From Rikenella sp. (GTDB taxonomy: Bacteria > Bacteroidota > Bacteroidia > Bacteroidales > Rikenellaceae): 58,842 bases of DNA. Under the pieces are notes generated by a model that made no database searches, was not told where the DNA came from, and was given only the letters and a program-made list of their open reading frames with translations. Positions 57,219-58,842 of the stretch are shown piece after piece. Position 1 is the stretch's first letter, and each line of letters begins with the position of its first letter. Position numbers and translations under genes: made by a program. The stretch is taken from contig JAFLSI010000001.1 of NCBI GenBank assembly GCA_022511025.1, forward strand, positions 1 through 58,842, given 5' to 3'.

Positions 57219-58292
57219 ATGGAAACCAAACGATTCGATCTGAGGGGCAAACGCCCGTTGATTATTTCGGGGCCTTGCAGTGCCGAGACCGAGGAGCAGA
57301 CCCTCGAAACCTGTCGCCGGCTGGCGGCTTCCGGCACAGTGGACGTGTTGCGCGCCGGTATCTGGAAACCGCGCACCAAACCGGGATCGTTCGAGGGGAT
57401 CGGGCTGCCGGGCCTGTCGTGGATGGCCGAGATCAAACGAGAGACGGGGCTGCCGATCGCCGTCGAGGTGGCCAATGCCAAACATGTCGAAAGCGCGCTG
57501 GAGTTCGGTGTCGACCTGCTCTGGATCGGGGCGCGGACGACCGGCAATCCGTTCAGCGTGCAGGATGTGGCCGATGCGCTGCGGGGGGTGGATGTTACGG
57601 TGTTGGTCAAGAATCCGATGAATCCCGACATCGACTTGTGGACGGGGGCCGTACAGCGGCTCCAGAAGGTGGGGGTTGAACAGGTGGGGCTGATCCACCG
57701 CGGTTTTTCGTCGTTCGGACTCTCCAAATACCGCAACAATCCGATGTGGCCGCTGGCGATCGAGATGAAGATGCGGATGCCGGAGATTCCGATCATCGGC
57801 GACCCGTCGCATATCACGGGCAAACGGGAGCTGCTCAAGGAGGTGGCGCAGCAGTGCGCCGATCTGAACTACGACGGGTTGATCATGGAGAGCCACATCT
57901 GTCCGGACAAAGCGTGGAGCGACGCGGCGCAGCAGGTGGTTCCGGAGGAGCTGGCGGAGCTGGTCCGGGGCATTGTGTGGCGCAAGTCGCAGGCGGACAA
58001 ACCGGAGTTCCAGATGTCGTTGGACAAACTGCGCAGCCAGATCGACCAATATGATGCCGAACTTTTCATGCTGCTGAGCAAACGGATGGCGGTGGCGGAG
58101 AAGATCGGGGAGATCAAACGGGACAACGAGGTGATGATCCTTCAGAGTGCGCGGTGGGACGACATCGTGAAGCGGGTATTGGCCATGGCGGAGGAGTTGA
58201 AACTGAGCCGCGAATTTCTGAACATTCTGCTGAACTCGATCCACATGGAGAGCATCAACCGGCAGAATCAGGTGATGAATACGAAGAAGTAA
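57219..58292 (+). CDS. Bifunctional DAHP synthase (type I-beta) / C-terminal chorismate mutase
   Basis: SGPCSAE, WKPRT, IGART, KNP, DPSH; C-terminal LRSQIDQYD AroQ-like domain. Confidence 0.92.
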   Translation: METKRFDLRGKRPLIISGPCSAETEEQTLETCRRLAASGTVDVLRAGIWKPRTKPGSFEGIGLPGLSWMAEIKRETGLPIAVEVANAKHVESALEFGVDLLWIGARTTGNPFSVQDVADALRGVDVTVLVKNPMNPDIDLWTGAVQRLQKVGVEQVGLIHRGFSSFGLSKYRNNPMWPLAIEMKMRMPEIPIIGDPSHITGKRELLKEVAQQCADLNYDGLIMESHICPDKAWSDAAQQVVPEELAELVRGIVWRKSQADKPEFQMSLDKLRSQIDQYDAELFMLLSKRMAVAEKIGEIKRDNEVMILQSARWDDIVKRVLAMAEELKLSREFLNILLNSIHMESINRQNQVMNTKK

Positions 58293-58315
58293 GGGATCGG
58301 GGGTATTTCCACGTA

Positions 58316-58362
58316 ACGCCGGCCGGCATGTTTCCATTTTGTCGGCCGGCGTCATCTTTTTT
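58316..58362 (+). terminator. Intrinsic terminator of aromatic operon
   Basis: acgccggccggca...tgtcggccggcgt followed by catctttttt. Confidence 0.75.
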
Positions 58363-58479
58363 CGGGTGTTTTGCGGGCTGCGGCTACCCTGATTCAGGCC
58401 GGCGCCGGCGGAGACTGCTTGCGGCCTCTGCCCTCGATGAATGTTGCGGGTCGTCGCCAGCGATGGGAGCCACAAGCTC

Positions 58480-58800
58480 TGACGAAGTGGCTCACCGCCG
58501 CGCAGGGTGGCGGCGGCTCGCTGCGCCTGCGGCGCACATCCTTCGGGTGTCTTACTGGCCGCCTTTACCCCTTTCGGCCTCGCGCTGTTCTCTGCGACCC
58601 ACCGGAGGTCGCTCGGGCCAGCCGCCCCCACCGGCTGGCTCCGACACTCGGCGGTGCTCGTGTCTCCGCGCCGGACGGCTGACCCTCATTCGTTGGATAT
58701 TTTACTGGCAGTCTCTACCCTTATTCGGCCTCGCGCCCATCCCCCCGAGCGGCTTCGCCGCTGGGCGCAGAGGCCGGCGATCCTTACGGATCGCAGTTTT
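58480..58800. repeat. Cluster of GC-rich palindromic and direct repeats (REP-like)
   Basis: Imperfect direct repeat 58552-58585 / 58702-58736, nested hairpins, and a copy of the 6328-6357 repeat at 58770-58800; no convincing ORF. Confidence 0.55.
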
Positions 58801-58842
58801 CGCCGTATTTGATTGCAGCACCTCCGGCTCGAAGAGCCGGGC

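Noticed and set aside
58480-58800. CRISPR array
   Set aside because: Only two imperfect ~35-nt copies 150 nt apart, and no cas genes
1-58842. tRNA or rRNA genes
   Set aside because: No cloverleaf/TPsiC or rRNA-like sequence recognised in the intergenic regions

Overview
High-GC (~60%) Bacteroidota chromosomal window. TAnnTTTG promoter boxes recur upstream of genes, and Rikenellaceae-like origin is an inference. Most of it is housekeeping: nqrABCDEF, purM, miaA, dnaE, trxA, sufS, tmk, a K+/H+ antiporter, pfkA, comM-comEC, hydE, tatD-tcdA, mnmA, an aminotransferase, pssA, a porin, a lytic transglycosylase and a pheA-aminotransferase-tyrA-DAHP synthase/chorismate mutase operon. The accessory part is a ~14 kb minus-strand type V (Mfa/Fim-like) pilus locus at 30451-44299. 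It encodes an apparently catalytically dead serine-resolvase homolog, an OmpA/DUF3575 protein, a putative anchor, five fimbrillins (one with a low-GC core) and two DUF4906-type tip proteins. The last tip gene ends in a 16/20 NNC-codon segment resembling a diversity-generating retroelement (DGR) variable region, with no reverse transcriptase or template repeat visible here. Other highlights are a Phe/Tyr-rich leader-peptide attenuator ahead of the aromatic amino acid operon, an orphan BtuH-like lipoprotein, a kinase-WG-repeat fusion and a dispersed GC-rich palindromic repeat. All family assignments come from motif recognition by eye; no database searches were run.
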